Shown: positions 49,933 to 59,942 of the stretch, one piece after another | Numbering within the stretch: position 1 is the stretch's first letter | Layout of the letters: each line of letters begins with the position of its first letter | Source: Patescibacteria group bacterium | Lineage (GTDB): Bacteria; Patescibacteriota; Microgenomatia; Levybacterales; UBA12049 | Direction: 5' to 3' | NCBI GenBank assembly: GCA_038064195.1 | Contig: JBBTTO010000002.1 | Coordinates: 269,356 to 333,355 of the forward strand | Length of the DNA stretch: 64,000 bases | Program-made: the position numbers and the translations under genes | The notes under the pieces: generated by a model | Seen by the model: only the letters and a program-made list of their open reading frames with translations | Told to the model about the DNA's origin: nothing | Databases searched by the model: none

Positions 49933-49953
49933 CATGCTGAACTCGTTTCAGCA
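49933..49953 (+). terminator. Hairpin downstream of ftsK (ATGCTGAActcgtTTCAGCAT)
   Basis: 8-bp perfect stem and a 5-nt loop. No strong T-tract follows. Confidence 0.3.
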
Positions 49954-50032
49954 TCTCATTCAAGTAGATCCTGAAATCCGCTAAAGGGACTACCTTTGCA
50001 AGGGGCGTAAATTCAGGATGACATTAATTTTT

Positions 50033-50671
50033 ATGATTAGACTCGGACAGAAACTCAGAGAAGCTCGAATGGCAAAAGGCCTTTCGCTTGAGGAAGTTGC
50101 TCAGGCAACTAAGATCAGGTCCTCATTCTTGGCATCAATTGAACGCAGTGATTACCATAAATTGCCTTCAAGCTCGTACGCGCTTGGCTTTGTGCAAAAC
50201 TACGCAGAATATCTGGGTTTGCCGCGAAAAGAGACTCTGGCTCTTTTCAGGCGGGAATTTGATACTGAAAAAGCGTATAAAGTCCTCCCTGAAGGCTTTG
50301 TCAAAGATGAGTCCATGCCAAAAAGGCGCTTTAAGATACAGCAGGCTTTTTTTCTGGTAGTTGTCGCACTCGTGTTCCTTGGTGGGTTTTTGCTCTATCA
50401 ATATCGGGCAGCTTTTATTAATCCTCCTTTAACTGTGACCTCGCCTAAAGAAGGGAATACAGTCGGTGCAGATGTCTTAGTCAGCGGGAAGACAGATCCC
50501 AATGTAAGTCTGAGTATCAACAATACGCCTGTTGCGGTAAGTGATGACGGAGAATTTTCAAAAACCATCACGACTTTCCCCGGCAAAGCGGCAATTACGG
50601 TGCGTGCACTGAATAGCTTTGGCAAAGAGACAGTCATCATCAGACAAATTCAGGTGCGATCCAGTCCCTGA
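50033..50671 (+). CDS. rodZ: RodZ-like cytoskeleton protein (XRE HTH + TM + C-terminal domain)
   Basis: HTH (LGQKLREARMAKGLSLEEVAQATKI), a basic juxtamembrane segment, a single TM and a C-terminal beta-rich domain. Confidence 0.6.
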   Translation: MIRLGQKLREARMAKGLSLEEVAQATKIRSSFLASIERSDYHKLPSSSYALGFVQNYAEYLGLPRKETLALFRREFDTEKAYKVLPEGFVKDESMPKRRFKIQQAFFLVVVALVFLGGFLLYQYRAAFINPPLTVTSPKEGNTVGADVLVSGKTDPNVSLSINNTPVAVSDDGEFSKTITTFPGKAAITVRALNSFGKETVIIRQIQVRSSP

Positions 50672-50760
50672 CCTGCTTAATCCGGATTTGATCGGGTAAA
50701 TCAGAGTTGACACTCATGTATATTTTGGAGTAATCTAGTCTATATCCTGGAAATAGCAAT

Positions 50761-51051
50761 ATGATTGATTCGGTACAGCTTATCCTTTTTATCGTTATCG
50801 TCGTTCTGACTGTCTTACTGGTTGTGCTTGGCTTTCAAGTCTATTTCATCCTTAAAGAACTTCGCAGAACTCTGCAAAAGGCGAATAAAGTACTTGATGA
50901 TACAGGCACTATCACTGAGGGTATCTCCAAACCCATTTCTTCACTCTCCTCACTGAGTTTGGGTGGGCTGAAGGCAGGGTCGATACTCAGTGTGGCAAAA
51001 GTTATCAAAGGACTGCTCGCAAAAGATGATGACGATAAGCACAAGGAGTAA
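50761..51051 (+). CDS. Hypothetical small membrane protein (DUF948-like)
   Basis: 96 aa with an N-terminal TM, a coiled-coil and an acidic C-terminus. Confidence 0.4.
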   Translation: MIDSVQLILFIVIVVLTVLLVVLGFQVYFILKELRRTLQKANKVLDDTGTITEGISKPISSLSSLSLGGLKAGSILSVAKVIKGLLAKDDDDKHKE

Positions 51052-51054
51052 TAT

Positions 51055-51510
51055 ATGCACGATCGACAAGAGCAAAACGGTAGCTCTTTTAACACGTTCC
51101 TTTTCGGTATCCTCATAGGTGTTCTCGCGACTCTGCTTTTTACGACCAAAAAAGGCCGTAGACTTTTAAAAGTTATCACTGATGAGAGTGTCGATCGCCT
51201 CAGTAAATGGGAAGATATGGTTAAGACCATGCAGGAGCATATTGATGAAGACGTTGAAGATGAATCAGTGATGGGGGAGGAAGTGCCAAAGATAGCTCCT
51301 CCGTCACATACTGAGAAAATCGAAATAGATGACGAAGAACCTACCTCAGAGATGCCGGATGTTGATGAGCTGCCGCACATCAAAATCGATAAGTTAGAAA
51401 CCTCACTTCGCTCAAAGAGCTCCGAGGGGCAAGAAGAAGAAAAAGTTGAGGAAGCATCCGTGAAAAAGCCTCGCCGCCTGTTCAAAGGCATCCGCAAGAA
51501 GTCTGCTTAA
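51055..51510 (+). CDS. YtxH-like membrane-anchored protein
   Basis: 151 aa with an N-terminal TM (FLFGILIGVLATLLF) and an acidic helical C-terminus. Confidence 0.4.
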   Translation: MHDRQEQNGSSFNTFLFGILIGVLATLLFTTKKGRRLLKVITDESVDRLSKWEDMVKTMQEHIDEDVEDESVMGEEVPKIAPPSHTEKIEIDDEEPTSEMPDVDELPHIKIDKLETSLRSKSSEGQEEEKVEEASVKKPRRLFKGIRKKSA

Positions 51511-51521
51511 TTTAAGATTTT

Positions 51522-52013
51522 TCACCATCCACTTGTAGAAAATGCAGTATGTGAATTGTAATTATTTAATGCTTCCTTAATATGTGGTAAGAGATTGTCG
51601 GGTAGATTCTTGAGTGAAAACCAGCTTAAATCGTCACATTTATCAGGCTCACCGATAGACGGCTCACCCTCCCATTCCCTAGTTACATAAAAGAAATCAA
51701 CATATTCGCTATCGGTAGATTTTCTATGAAGAACTGTTGCCGGTATTAGTTGATGGTTATCAATCTTTATATTTGCTTCTTCAAAAGCTTCACGAATCAT
51801 TGCTTCATTTACAGTCTCATTACCATCCAGATGCCCGGATATAAGACTGTACATGCCGTCCATCCAGCCCGTGTTTTTTCTCCTTGCTAGTAGTATCTCC
51901 TGACCCCGCATCGGCATTAGATAGACAGCTGATCTTAGTTCAAATCGAGAAGACTGCATAATCGGAATTATACTACTTAATTCATCCAAAAGCTCACATA
52001 ACTCGGATCTCAA
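51522..52013 (-). CDS. NUDIX hydrolase
   Basis: Nudix box GHLDGNETVNEAMIREAFEEANI. Confidence 0.8.
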   Translation of the reverse strand: MRSELCELLDELSSIIPIMQSSRFELRSAVYLMPMRGQEILLARRKNTGWMDGMYSLISGHLDGNETVNEAMIREAFEEANIKIDNHQLIPATVLHRKSTDSEYVDFFYVTREWEGEPSIGEPDKCDDLSWFSLKNLPDNLLPHIKEALNNYNSHTAFSTSGW

Positions 52014-52016
52014 TAA

Positions 52017-52235
52017 TTACTTTTTACTGATAAATTTAAAACGAGTAACTTTTTCTCCATTAACCACTACTTCTTCTAAAAACATTTTTTTTGGTCTTAC
52101 CCATAGCTTACTTCTTGGATTCTCATAGAGACATTCATAGACAACCAGATCTTCCAGAGTTTCTGAGTGCTTTGCTATTCCAATTACTTTATAAAAGTTC
52201 CTGGTTTTGGAATGCTGATATTTGCCAAGTTTCAT
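52017..52235 (-). CDS. DUF1653 family protein
   Basis: 72 aa matching the DUF1653 pattern (KLGKYQHSKTRNFYKVIGIAKHSETLEDLVVYECLY...WVRP). Confidence 0.6.
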   Translation of the reverse strand: MKLGKYQHSKTRNFYKVIGIAKHSETLEDLVVYECLYENPRSKLWVRPKKMFLEEVVVNGEKVTRFKFISKK

Positions 52236-53188
52236 AGGCCGTATTTGCGGATGTTGGCGTTGTGTTGCTCAAGCGTTGTAGCGTAATGATTGATGAGATT
52301 TTTATCCGTAATGTAATAGAGATAGTTGGTATCAGACGGATTGGCAGCTGCCTGGAGAGAAGACAGACCGGGACTGGCGATAGGGCCAGGCGGGAGGCCC
52401 GGCTGGCGATAGGTATTATACGGAGACGACACTTGGACCTCAGCTAAAGTCAGATTATTTCTCCACCACGTTCCCTGGGATTGATCATAGCCTAAAGCGT
52501 ATTGCACTGTCGCATCGATCTGGAGTGCCATACCCAGATCAAGTCTGTTATGGAGCACGCTTGAGATAAGCGGTCTATCCTGAGGGTGGCGAGCCTCGCG
52601 CTCGATAAGTGACGCGAGTGTCACGATCTGGTTTTGTGACAGGGTAGTGCGCGAAGTATCTACCTGTTCGTATTTCTGGTCAAAGGTAGTTGTCAGGATT
52701 TTAACAATTGTTGCGATATCGGCATCATGGGGTATCTGATAAGTATCAGGGAAGAGATAGCCTTCATGCTGATCCAACTCTGCCTGCCAGGACGGGTCAT
52801 AGTTACTCAACTTGTCTTTAAGAATTTCCGCAACTTCTTCAGCTCTTTTGCCCTCAGGGATCGTGACCCAGGCATCCTCAGTCCCCTTCGTCAGACTTTC
52901 GGCAATTTGCCTGCTTGAGAGTGAAGGAGATAAGCGGAACTGACCTGCCTGGATTTTCTTCTCAAGACCCAGCTGCTTGACCATCAGGGTAAATACCAGC
53001 GTATTTTTGATGAGATGTTGTTTTTTGAGCTCTGTCGCAATGGCTTTGATACCGCTTCCGGGTTGGATGGTAAAAGTGACAGCCTGCGTATTACTGGGGT
53101 CTACGGGAGAGAGGGTATACCCCCACCAGAAAAAGGCGGCAACTCCTAAGATGATAAGTACGATGACCAGACCGCTTACTTTACGCAT
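52232..53188 (-). CDS. mltG: Endolytic murein transglycosylase MltG (YceG family)
   Basis: N-terminal TM and YceG-like domain. An internal ATG was chosen to avoid overlap with the upstream gene; the ORF track extends to 53272. Confidence 0.65.
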   Translation of the reverse strand: MRKVSGLVIVLIILGVAAFFWWGYTLSPVDPSNTQAVTFTIQPGSGIKAIATELKKQHLIKNTLVFTLMVKQLGLEKKIQAGQFRLSPSLSSRQIAESLTKGTEDAWVTIPEGKRAEEVAEILKDKLSNYDPSWQAELDQHEGYLFPDTYQIPHDADIATIVKILTTTFDQKYEQVDTSRTTLSQNQIVTLASLIEREARHPQDRPLISSVLHNRLDLGMALQIDATVQYALGYDQSQGTWWRNNLTLAEVQVSSPYNTYRQPGLPPGPIASPGLSSLQAAANPSDTNYLYYITDKNLINHYATTLEQHNANIRKYGL

Positions 53189-54455
53189 AGTAGAGAAGGG
53201 GGAAGTTAGTCGTTGAGTCTTTTGCTTCCTTGAGTGCATATTCCGACGTCGTATGGAGTGTATAGAGCGCATGGCCTTTCGTCACCTTCTCTCCGATTTT
53301 TTTATCTAAGTAAATACCGGCTTTTTTGTTATCAGGCGCACCTAATATCTTAGCAATAACGGTGGCATTTTTGCTATTGATTTTTTTGACAGTACCGTTT
53401 TTCTTGGCAATCACCTGATACGTATATTTGCCGGGGTGTAGCCTTTCACTGGTGATCGTAGGGTCGCCGTTTTGGGCTTTGATAATCCCCTGCATTTTAT
53501 CAAGTGCCTTACCTGTAGCCAGGAGACTGCGAGCCCATTCATGTCCCCCGCCATATTCTTTCATGATATGATCACGAACTGTCCTGGACGCATCTTCCAG
53601 ACACAGGTTAAGCAAAGTTCCGGCTAAATTAAGGGCGCGCTCCTCAAGGTCAAAGGGTCGATTGGGTTTTTGTTCGAGGACCATAAGGGACTCTCGTGAT
53701 TCAAGCAGTGGGCCTATCCCCCGCCCTGCTGGTTCGTCAGTTTTATGCATAAGTACTCGCAATTTAATCTTAAAACGCTTAGCTAATTTCTCAAATTTCT
53801 CTTTAAGAATTGCCGCGTCAGCTTCCTTGTGCACTTTGACCATCTCACCATACGGCAGATCGATAACGACATGAGTAGCACCAAAAGCGACCTTTTTGGC
53901 CATAATCGAGACAAGGATTTTATCATAACTTTCAAAGGATAGCGGCTCTTCTACTTTAATGATAATGTCATCAGCCGGCGCGATATTGAAGCTGCCTCCC
54001 CAGACAATACAGCCTTTGGTTTTGTCGATGATTTTATAAATCTCTTCTTTAGTAAATTCAACATCAGCTAAGACTTCCATATCATCAGCTGTGCCGCCGG
54101 GAGTAGTTATAGCACGACTGGAGCTTTTAGGTATGGTAAAGCCGGCCGCGGCGATGATGGGGACTACGATCATCGTTGTACGGGTGCCGGGGACACCGCC
54201 TATGGAGTGCTTATCAGCCACAATCCCTTTGAAATGGAGTCGCTCTCCTGTCTCGACCATTGCCTTGGTCAGAAAAAAAATTTCCTCCCCAGAAAAGCCC
54301 TTGGAGTAGCCTGAAGCGGCAAAGTAGGTCGTCAATACATCCCCAAGTCTTTTGTGGGAAATTTCATCCATGATCGCGTAAATCTCTTTGTAGGTGAGGC
54401 TTTTACCGACTAATTTTTTTTGAATTGCCTGTAAGGCAAGTGCCATTTCATCCAT
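53181..54455 (-). CDS. Thymidine/AMP phosphorylase family (glycosyltransferase family 3)
   Basis: ..DKHSIGGVPGTRTT.. phosphate-binding motif. 424 aa. Confidence 0.7.
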   Translation of the reverse strand: MDEMALALQAIQKKLVGKSLTYKEIYAIMDEISHKRLGDVLTTYFAASGYSKGFSGEEIFFLTKAMVETGERLHFKGIVADKHSIGGVPGTRTTMIVVPIIAAAGFTIPKSSSRAITTPGGTADDMEVLADVEFTKEEIYKIIDKTKGCIVWGGSFNIAPADDIIIKVEEPLSFESYDKILVSIMAKKVAFGATHVVIDLPYGEMVKVHKEADAAILKEKFEKLAKRFKIKLRVLMHKTDEPAGRGIGPLLESRESLMVLEQKPNRPFDLEERALNLAGTLLNLCLEDASRTVRDHIMKEYGGGHEWARSLLATGKALDKMQGIIKAQNGDPTITSERLHPGKYTYQVIAKKNGTVKKINSKNATVIAKILGAPDNKKAGIYLDKKIGEKVTKGHALYTLHTTSEYALKEAKDSTTNFPLLYYA

Positions 54456-54621
54456 AATCAGAAAGTTCCTTTAATTTGTTCGATGCTCATTTTGACAATT
54501 GTTTTGACGAGGTTGATGAGAAAATAAACTCCACCATTGATTATCCGGTAGACAGTCGGCCAGATTAATTTGAGTAAGGCGTAAAGTTTTTCTTTCGTCA
54601 TTTGTTTTTAGTCATTGGTCA

Positions 54622-55356
54622 TTAGTTACCGGTTGGCCTTACAATCCGTGCTTTGATAAGCAACCTCTTCCAGGTAGTACCCGGAGGTGTACATGTAACT
54701 AATGTCAGATAATTATCATCGTAATTTTGTTCGAAAACTGTCGTATCTAAGGGACTTGTGATCGTGATAGCGTACACTTTGTAGGTATATTTGAGATGAT
54801 CCACTGTTAACTCAACCTCATCGCCTACCTCCATAGTATGAGCATAAGCAAATATCGTACGATAGTCTCTTTCTTTGTAAAGTTGAGGAAGTGTCGAATG
54901 TCCGAAAATCACCGCGTTGCCTTTGCTCGGCGGTACGGCAGTACCCCCATACTGGACCAGATGAGTCGATAAGTCGTTATCAATCGTTGAGACTTCAGCA
55001 TCAATAATTTTTAATCGGGGGATTGTGATTGCGTAATGAGTAACCGCTACATCAGTATGTGCTTGCTGGATACTGGGGTACCAGTTTTTGGCGTTAGTGT
55101 AATCTACGCCGGTGAGTGAATCAGTCGTGGCCTGGAGAAGATCCCGGAATGAGGATTCATTGAGCATACTTGTCTTAGGGATAGGTGCTGCTATATTAGC
55201 TGAGGCAAAGACCGGCCTAAGATAGATTTGAAAGGCAAGGAGAGGGAACGCGAAGTACGCTACCATCACGAAGCCTATAGCACACATGATAAGTCCAAGC
55301 AACCGGAAATACTTCCGAGCCGAACGGTTATGTCTTTTAGTATAGATTTTACTCAT
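54622..55356 (-). CDS. Sortase family transpeptidase
   Basis: N-terminal TM, catalytic His (AVIFGHS), the TLVTCTP Cys motif and a downstream Arg. The start was set at MSKIYTK. Confidence 0.75.
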   Translation of the reverse strand: MSKIYTKRHNRSARKYFRLLGLIMCAIGFVMVAYFAFPLLAFQIYLRPVFASANIAAPIPKTSMLNESSFRDLLQATTDSLTGVDYTNAKNWYPSIQQAHTDVAVTHYAITIPRLKIIDAEVSTIDNDLSTHLVQYGGTAVPPSKGNAVIFGHSTLPQLYKERDYRTIFAYAHTMEVGDEVELTVDHLKYTYKVYAITITSPLDTTVFEQNYDDNYLTLVTCTPPGTTWKRLLIKARIVRPTGN

Positions 55357-57703
55357 TGGTTTCCAGGACGATAGTGATATTCCTGGCAAAGCGCGGAAGA
55401 AGTGAGGGGAGGAAAGGAATACGGGGCGAGAGAACAATATCTGCACTTGTCACCTGCGGTATGGTCTTTAAGTAATCCTCTGCGTCTGTGAAGGATTTAC
55501 CGACAAGGCTTTCGACAAGAGTGTCTTTTTCAAGTTTGGGCAATAGTCCTGCTTTCATCACTAATGTGGCTGAGGCATCGTTATTTTTGCCCGGTTTTAT
55601 ATCAGTAAGTTCTGCCTGAATGCCTTTATCAGAGATAGCTAAGTCCTGATCATATTTGCCGTTAAGAGCTCCTTTGGCAATTTCATTAAGATCTGACGTG
55701 TCATATTCGATTGTCGTAAAGACGACAGTCCCTTTTATCGTCACTTTTTTGGCTTCTTCTCCTACATCCTTATCAATCGATTTTTTGCTGATCGTGACAC
55801 TCGTAAAGCCCGGGATAATAGTTTGAGTCGAGTCAGCTTTCTCTTTCAGTGCATCGCGTGCCTTATCCTGAAGATCTTTTGGGAGATTGGTGGTGAGTGT
55901 GTCGATATCTTTTTTGGCAACGACTGTAACTGTTTTTTTCGTACCGCCTGAGAATGCACTGTCATTTTTACCCGCCACGCCACTTACGCCCGTAACAGTA
56001 AATTTGGTGTTTGAAGGTAAATTGGATTCGGTTCCGATAGCTTTGGCTGTCACGCCTACCTGTGTAGTTCCTGGTTTGGTACCTGAGAAAATATCCCCTG
56101 ATGCAGATGCGATAATTGCCTCTTTATCTGTTGTAAAATCAAGATTATTAGATGAGGTGAGTACAGTTCCTGCAGGGACTGTGCGTTTGCCATCACTGTT
56201 GTTATAAAGAGTAATTGTTCCTTTGGCTTTGTCGCCAACATCTTTTTTACCGGTAGCATCAGTTGATGCGCTACCGTCGAGTGAAGTCTCGACTTCTTTA
56301 GCTGCCAGAATTTTTTGTGAGAGATCATTGGAAGAATCGGTACGAAGCGTAATCTCAGTTGACTCATCCAGGTCTTTGGTCTGCATATGCAGTGTGACTG
56401 TGGCTTTGAGTGAGTAAAGATAAAAGGCTCCCGCTCCGAGTATGATGATAATGATCAGCGGAATAATGACGAGCCATTTATTAAAACTCATGCCTGCAGT
56501 TTTTTTGAGGGGATTAAGCGATCCGATTACTGACATGACTGATCCTAGGATAGCACTAAATTTGGAATCTCCGGTCTTTTCCTCAGCATTTTCCTCCTGT
56601 CGGACATGAGTAAAGTTATCTATACGGGGAGTATGCGGTGTGTGATGGCTAAAGGAGGCTGTTGCTTCCTCAGTGTTTTTAGTAAGAATGGGGCCGGATT
56701 TTGAAGTTGAGGGAACCGATGAGATATCTTTACCCATCACAAAACCGAAATTGTCTCCATCCCTGGTAATCTCTGCTTCGTCATTTTCTGCCTTCGTAGC
56801 TTTATTATCCTCGCTTTTCTCTCCGTTAGCTTTTTCATCTAAGTCTTTACTCTCTTTTTTTGTCGGATGTTTCCCCCCCTCCGGAACTGATGATGATTTT
56901 TCTTCGTCACCTTCAAGCGTGACGACTTTAATATCGCCAAGCTCCCTTAGTACTGAAAAGCCCATTTGTTCGGCTGCGCCGTAGACCATAGCTTTGTTGT
57001 CAAATCCTTCGGGCAAGACTGAGACTTGGGGTACATGCAGGAAGGGAATACTTTTACTCCAGTGGTGCGCGATAAATTCCTGAGCCTCTTTGTCGACACT
57101 TCCGCCGTTAAAAAGAATAAGGCGTGAAGGCAGGACATCGATTGAGAAATGGTGGAGCAGCCGGTCAACTGTCTTTGGCAGTGATTCTTCGATCGGACTG
57201 CTGTATGTCTCAAGTATTTTCCCGGCGCGGAAGAGGCTGAGGGTGACCTCAGTCTTGCCGAGTTCTGCCAGGATGGCTGAGAGGGGAGCGCCCTCTTCTT
57301 CAGTCAATAAGTGAGAGATTGCCTCACTGATGACCATAAAGCCGATCGGCTCCAGGGAAAGTGAATCACAAATCTTTTTGAGCTTAGAGAGATAGTCTTT
57401 TTTGATTTTTTTCTCTTCAACCCAGCTTTCTTTGACGCCGAAGACTGTTTTTTCAGTCTCAATATTAGGCGGAAGACTGTTCTCAGCTTTACTGATTGTT
57501 TTATCTAGCGTATCGAGTAACTCGTCTAAATCGATTTCCTCAAGTGGAGTTGAAAACGCAGTCTCGTTTTGTCCGACAATTTCGAGCTTGCCCCCTCCTT
57601 CTTTAAGAATCACAGCTGCAGCCTTATCATCTCTCAGGAGGAGAGCTAAATAGTAATTAGACGGACTCTTTTTGCTGAAAAGTGAGGGTACTGGCAGCTT
57701 CAT
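55349..57703 (-). CDS. PilM/FtsA-like actin-fold N-domain fused to TM and large extracellular Thr/Lys-rich domain
   Basis: The N-terminus (LPVPSLFSKKSPSNYYLALLLRDDKAAAVILKEGGGKLEIVG) resembles the PilM/FtsA start. A Ser/Lys-rich linker, a single TM (LVIIPLIIIIILGAGAFYLY) and a ~400-aa extracellular region follow. The stop overlaps the sortase start. Confidence 0.4.
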   Translation of the reverse strand: MKLPVPSLFSKKSPSNYYLALLLRDDKAAAVILKEGGGKLEIVGQNETAFSTPLEEIDLDELLDTLDKTISKAENSLPPNIETEKTVFGVKESWVEEKKIKKDYLSKLKKICDSLSLEPIGFMVISEAISHLLTEEEGAPLSAILAELGKTEVTLSLFRAGKILETYSSPIEESLPKTVDRLLHHFSIDVLPSRLILFNGGSVDKEAQEFIAHHWSKSIPFLHVPQVSVLPEGFDNKAMVYGAAEQMGFSVLRELGDIKVVTLEGDEEKSSSVPEGGKHPTKKESKDLDEKANGEKSEDNKATKAENDEAEITRDGDNFGFVMGKDISSVPSTSKSGPILTKNTEEATASFSHHTPHTPRIDNFTHVRQEENAEEKTGDSKFSAILGSVMSVIGSLNPLKKTAGMSFNKWLVIIPLIIIIILGAGAFYLYSLKATVTLHMQTKDLDESTEITLRTDSSNDLSQKILAAKEVETSLDGSASTDATGKKDVGDKAKGTITLYNNSDGKRTVPAGTVLTSSNNLDFTTDKEAIIASASGDIFSGTKPGTTQVGVTAKAIGTESNLPSNTKFTVTGVSGVAGKNDSAFSGGTKKTVTVVAKKDIDTLTTNLPKDLQDKARDALKEKADSTQTIIPGFTSVTISKKSIDKDVGEEAKKVTIKGTVVFTTIEYDTSDLNEIAKGALNGKYDQDLAISDKGIQAELTDIKPGKNNDASATLVMKAGLLPKLEKDTLVESLVGKSFTDAEDYLKTIPQVTSADIVLSPRIPFLPSLLPRFARNITIVLETNE

Positions 57704-57771
57704 AATATTTGCATAGTGCAAAGCGCGTAGCGCAGAGCGAAAGACCACGCTTTGCTCTTTGCGCTTAGCGA

Positions 57772-59679
57772 TTAACCAACGATTCCATAAAGGCGTTTCA
57801 GGCCTTTACCAAGGTTATCCTGTTTTATTATCTTAAACGATTTCAGCTCGCCTGTAAAATCGACATGCGGTCCGCCGCAAAACTCAATTGAATAAGGCTT
57901 GTCATTACTTCCTTCTTTAGGGCCGATAAAGTAGATTTTGGATTTTTCACCATAGGTATCCATGAAGAGTCCGATAGCTCCCATATCATGCGCTTCTTTG
58001 GTCGGGATGAGTTCAAAATGGACTGGGAGATTGGCCTTAATTTTCTCATTGACGATAGCTTCGACCTGCTTTATCTCCTCCTCAGTCAATTTGCGATCGA
58101 AGTTGAAGTCAAAGCGTACACGCTCAGATGTAATGTTAGACCCACTCTGATGGACATGACTGCCCAGGACATCACGTAGCGCCTGGTGGAGGAGGTGAGT
58201 GGCAGTGTGGCCCATGATAGTTGCTTCCGATTGATCAGCCAGTCCTCCCTTGAACATGCCGCTACTTGCGGTCTTTGAAAGCTCTTTATGTTTGCTGTAC
58301 TCAGCGTTAAATTCTTCAAAACTTACCGATTTACCTTTTTGCTTGACGAGCTCCTCAGTAATCTCAAATGGAAATCCATATGTCTGAAAAAGATCAAATG
58401 CCACCTTACCTGAGATACTTTCTGTTTTTTCCAGGATTTTCAAACCCATATCTAAGCTTTTGGCAAATTTACTGAGTTCTTCATCAAGGAGCGGGGAGAT
58501 ATGCTCACGCTCTTTGTCCTGATTGATTCGTTCATCAAGTCTTACTTCAGTCTCTAAAACTGCATCAATAATTGTTTGAAAGGCCGAGACAGGAGGGAGT
58601 GACCCTTTAAGTTGATGCATTTTGACGGCTGCCCGGCGGAGCAAACGCCTTAGTACATAGCCTTGTTCCTTATTGGAAGGCACGACTCCATCAATCATCA
58701 GGAATGTAGCAGCTTTGAGATGATCGGCGATAACGCGCATATGGGCTTGAACCTTATGATCAGCATAAGATTTACCAGTGACTTCCTCAATCGTGGCAAC
58801 TATATTACTATAGAGATCGGTCGTAAAGACATCCGGATTGTGATTTTTGGCAGCAGCCAGGCGTTCCAGTCCCCCACCAAAGTCCACATTTTTTTGCGGT
58901 AACTCCTTAAACGAACCATCAGACTGTTTTTGGTACTGCATGAAAACTGAATTACCGATCTCCATGAACCTGCCACAATCACAGTTGGGATGGCAGTGTT
59001 CACCAAATGCCTCATCATGGGGAGTACCGAAGTCATAAAAAACTTCAGAATCAGGGCCGCCCGGTTCGCCAACAGGCATATTGTCAGGTACGCCTGACCT
59101 GCTCCACCAGTTTTTAGTAACACCATAAGTAAAGATACGGCCGTCCTGCATACCATTGCTTTCTGCGTCATCAATTACTTCTGCTGTTATTTCCTGCTCA
59201 TTAAAAAGATTTTTCCAGATCCTGATGCTTTCTTCGTCCCTTGGCACCTGATCATTACCGGCAAAGACTGTCACATACAGGCGCTGCGGGTCCAGACCAA
59301 GACCTTTTTCATTGTCGGTTAAGAACTCAAAGAACCAGGGGAGTTGCTTTTCTTTAAAGTACCCGCCTGCATCGCTATGCGAAGCATTGCGGGCAGGGTC
59401 TCCCAGACTCCAGTTCCCAAGCATGCGGAAAAATGTAGTATGGCGATTGTCGCCGACTTCTTCTATATCCTGGGAGCGAATACAATTTTGGACATTGACA
59501 AGACGATTACCCGCAGGGTGAACCTCTCCCAAAAGATAAGGAATAAGGGCCTGCATGCCACTACTGGTAAAAAGAGTTGTTGGGTCGTTGACTAAAACAA
59601 GCGGGGAATTGGCTATGCGGTGGTGGCCTTTTTCTTCAAAAAAAGTAATGTAGCGATTTAAAATTTGTTCAGCTTTCAT
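57772..59679 (-). CDS. alaS: Alanine--tRNA ligase lacking C-Ala domain
   Basis: Class II catalytic core (..NDPTTLFTSSGMQ..) and an editing domain with HTATHLLH and CGGPHV motifs. It ends right after the editing domain, using the internal ATG at MKAEQ. Confidence 0.8.
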   Translation of the reverse strand: MKAEQILNRYITFFEEKGHHRIANSPLVLVNDPTTLFTSSGMQALIPYLLGEVHPAGNRLVNVQNCIRSQDIEEVGDNRHTTFFRMLGNWSLGDPARNASHSDAGGYFKEKQLPWFFEFLTDNEKGLGLDPQRLYVTVFAGNDQVPRDEESIRIWKNLFNEQEITAEVIDDAESNGMQDGRIFTYGVTKNWWSRSGVPDNMPVGEPGGPDSEVFYDFGTPHDEAFGEHCHPNCDCGRFMEIGNSVFMQYQKQSDGSFKELPQKNVDFGGGLERLAAAKNHNPDVFTTDLYSNIVATIEEVTGKSYADHKVQAHMRVIADHLKAATFLMIDGVVPSNKEQGYVLRRLLRRAAVKMHQLKGSLPPVSAFQTIIDAVLETEVRLDERINQDKEREHISPLLDEELSKFAKSLDMGLKILEKTESISGKVAFDLFQTYGFPFEITEELVKQKGKSVSFEEFNAEYSKHKELSKTASSGMFKGGLADQSEATIMGHTATHLLHQALRDVLGSHVHQSGSNITSERVRFDFNFDRKLTEEEIKQVEAIVNEKIKANLPVHFELIPTKEAHDMGAIGLFMDTYGEKSKIYFIGPKEGSNDKPYSIEFCGGPHVDFTGELKSFKIIKQDNLGKGLKRLYGIVG

Positions 59680-59942
59680 CGTGCGTATTATTATAGCACG
59701 AGAGTCAGGTTTTAGGGCATGGGTGTAGCAGCCAGTAAAGGTTAAAGGCATAGTTGTTGGGCTTTTTCCTTTCAACTACACCTTCACCGGAAGCCATAAC
59801 CAAACCCTTGCTTGTTTAGCCTCTTGACAGCCTTAGCTACCTATGATATAAAAGACAAAGTAAATCCCGTTTGAAGATGCAAGGGTATCCCCTCTGCGTC
59901 TTTTGTTTGTTTATTTTAGCTGCCCTGCTGTAAGAGAGTCCG

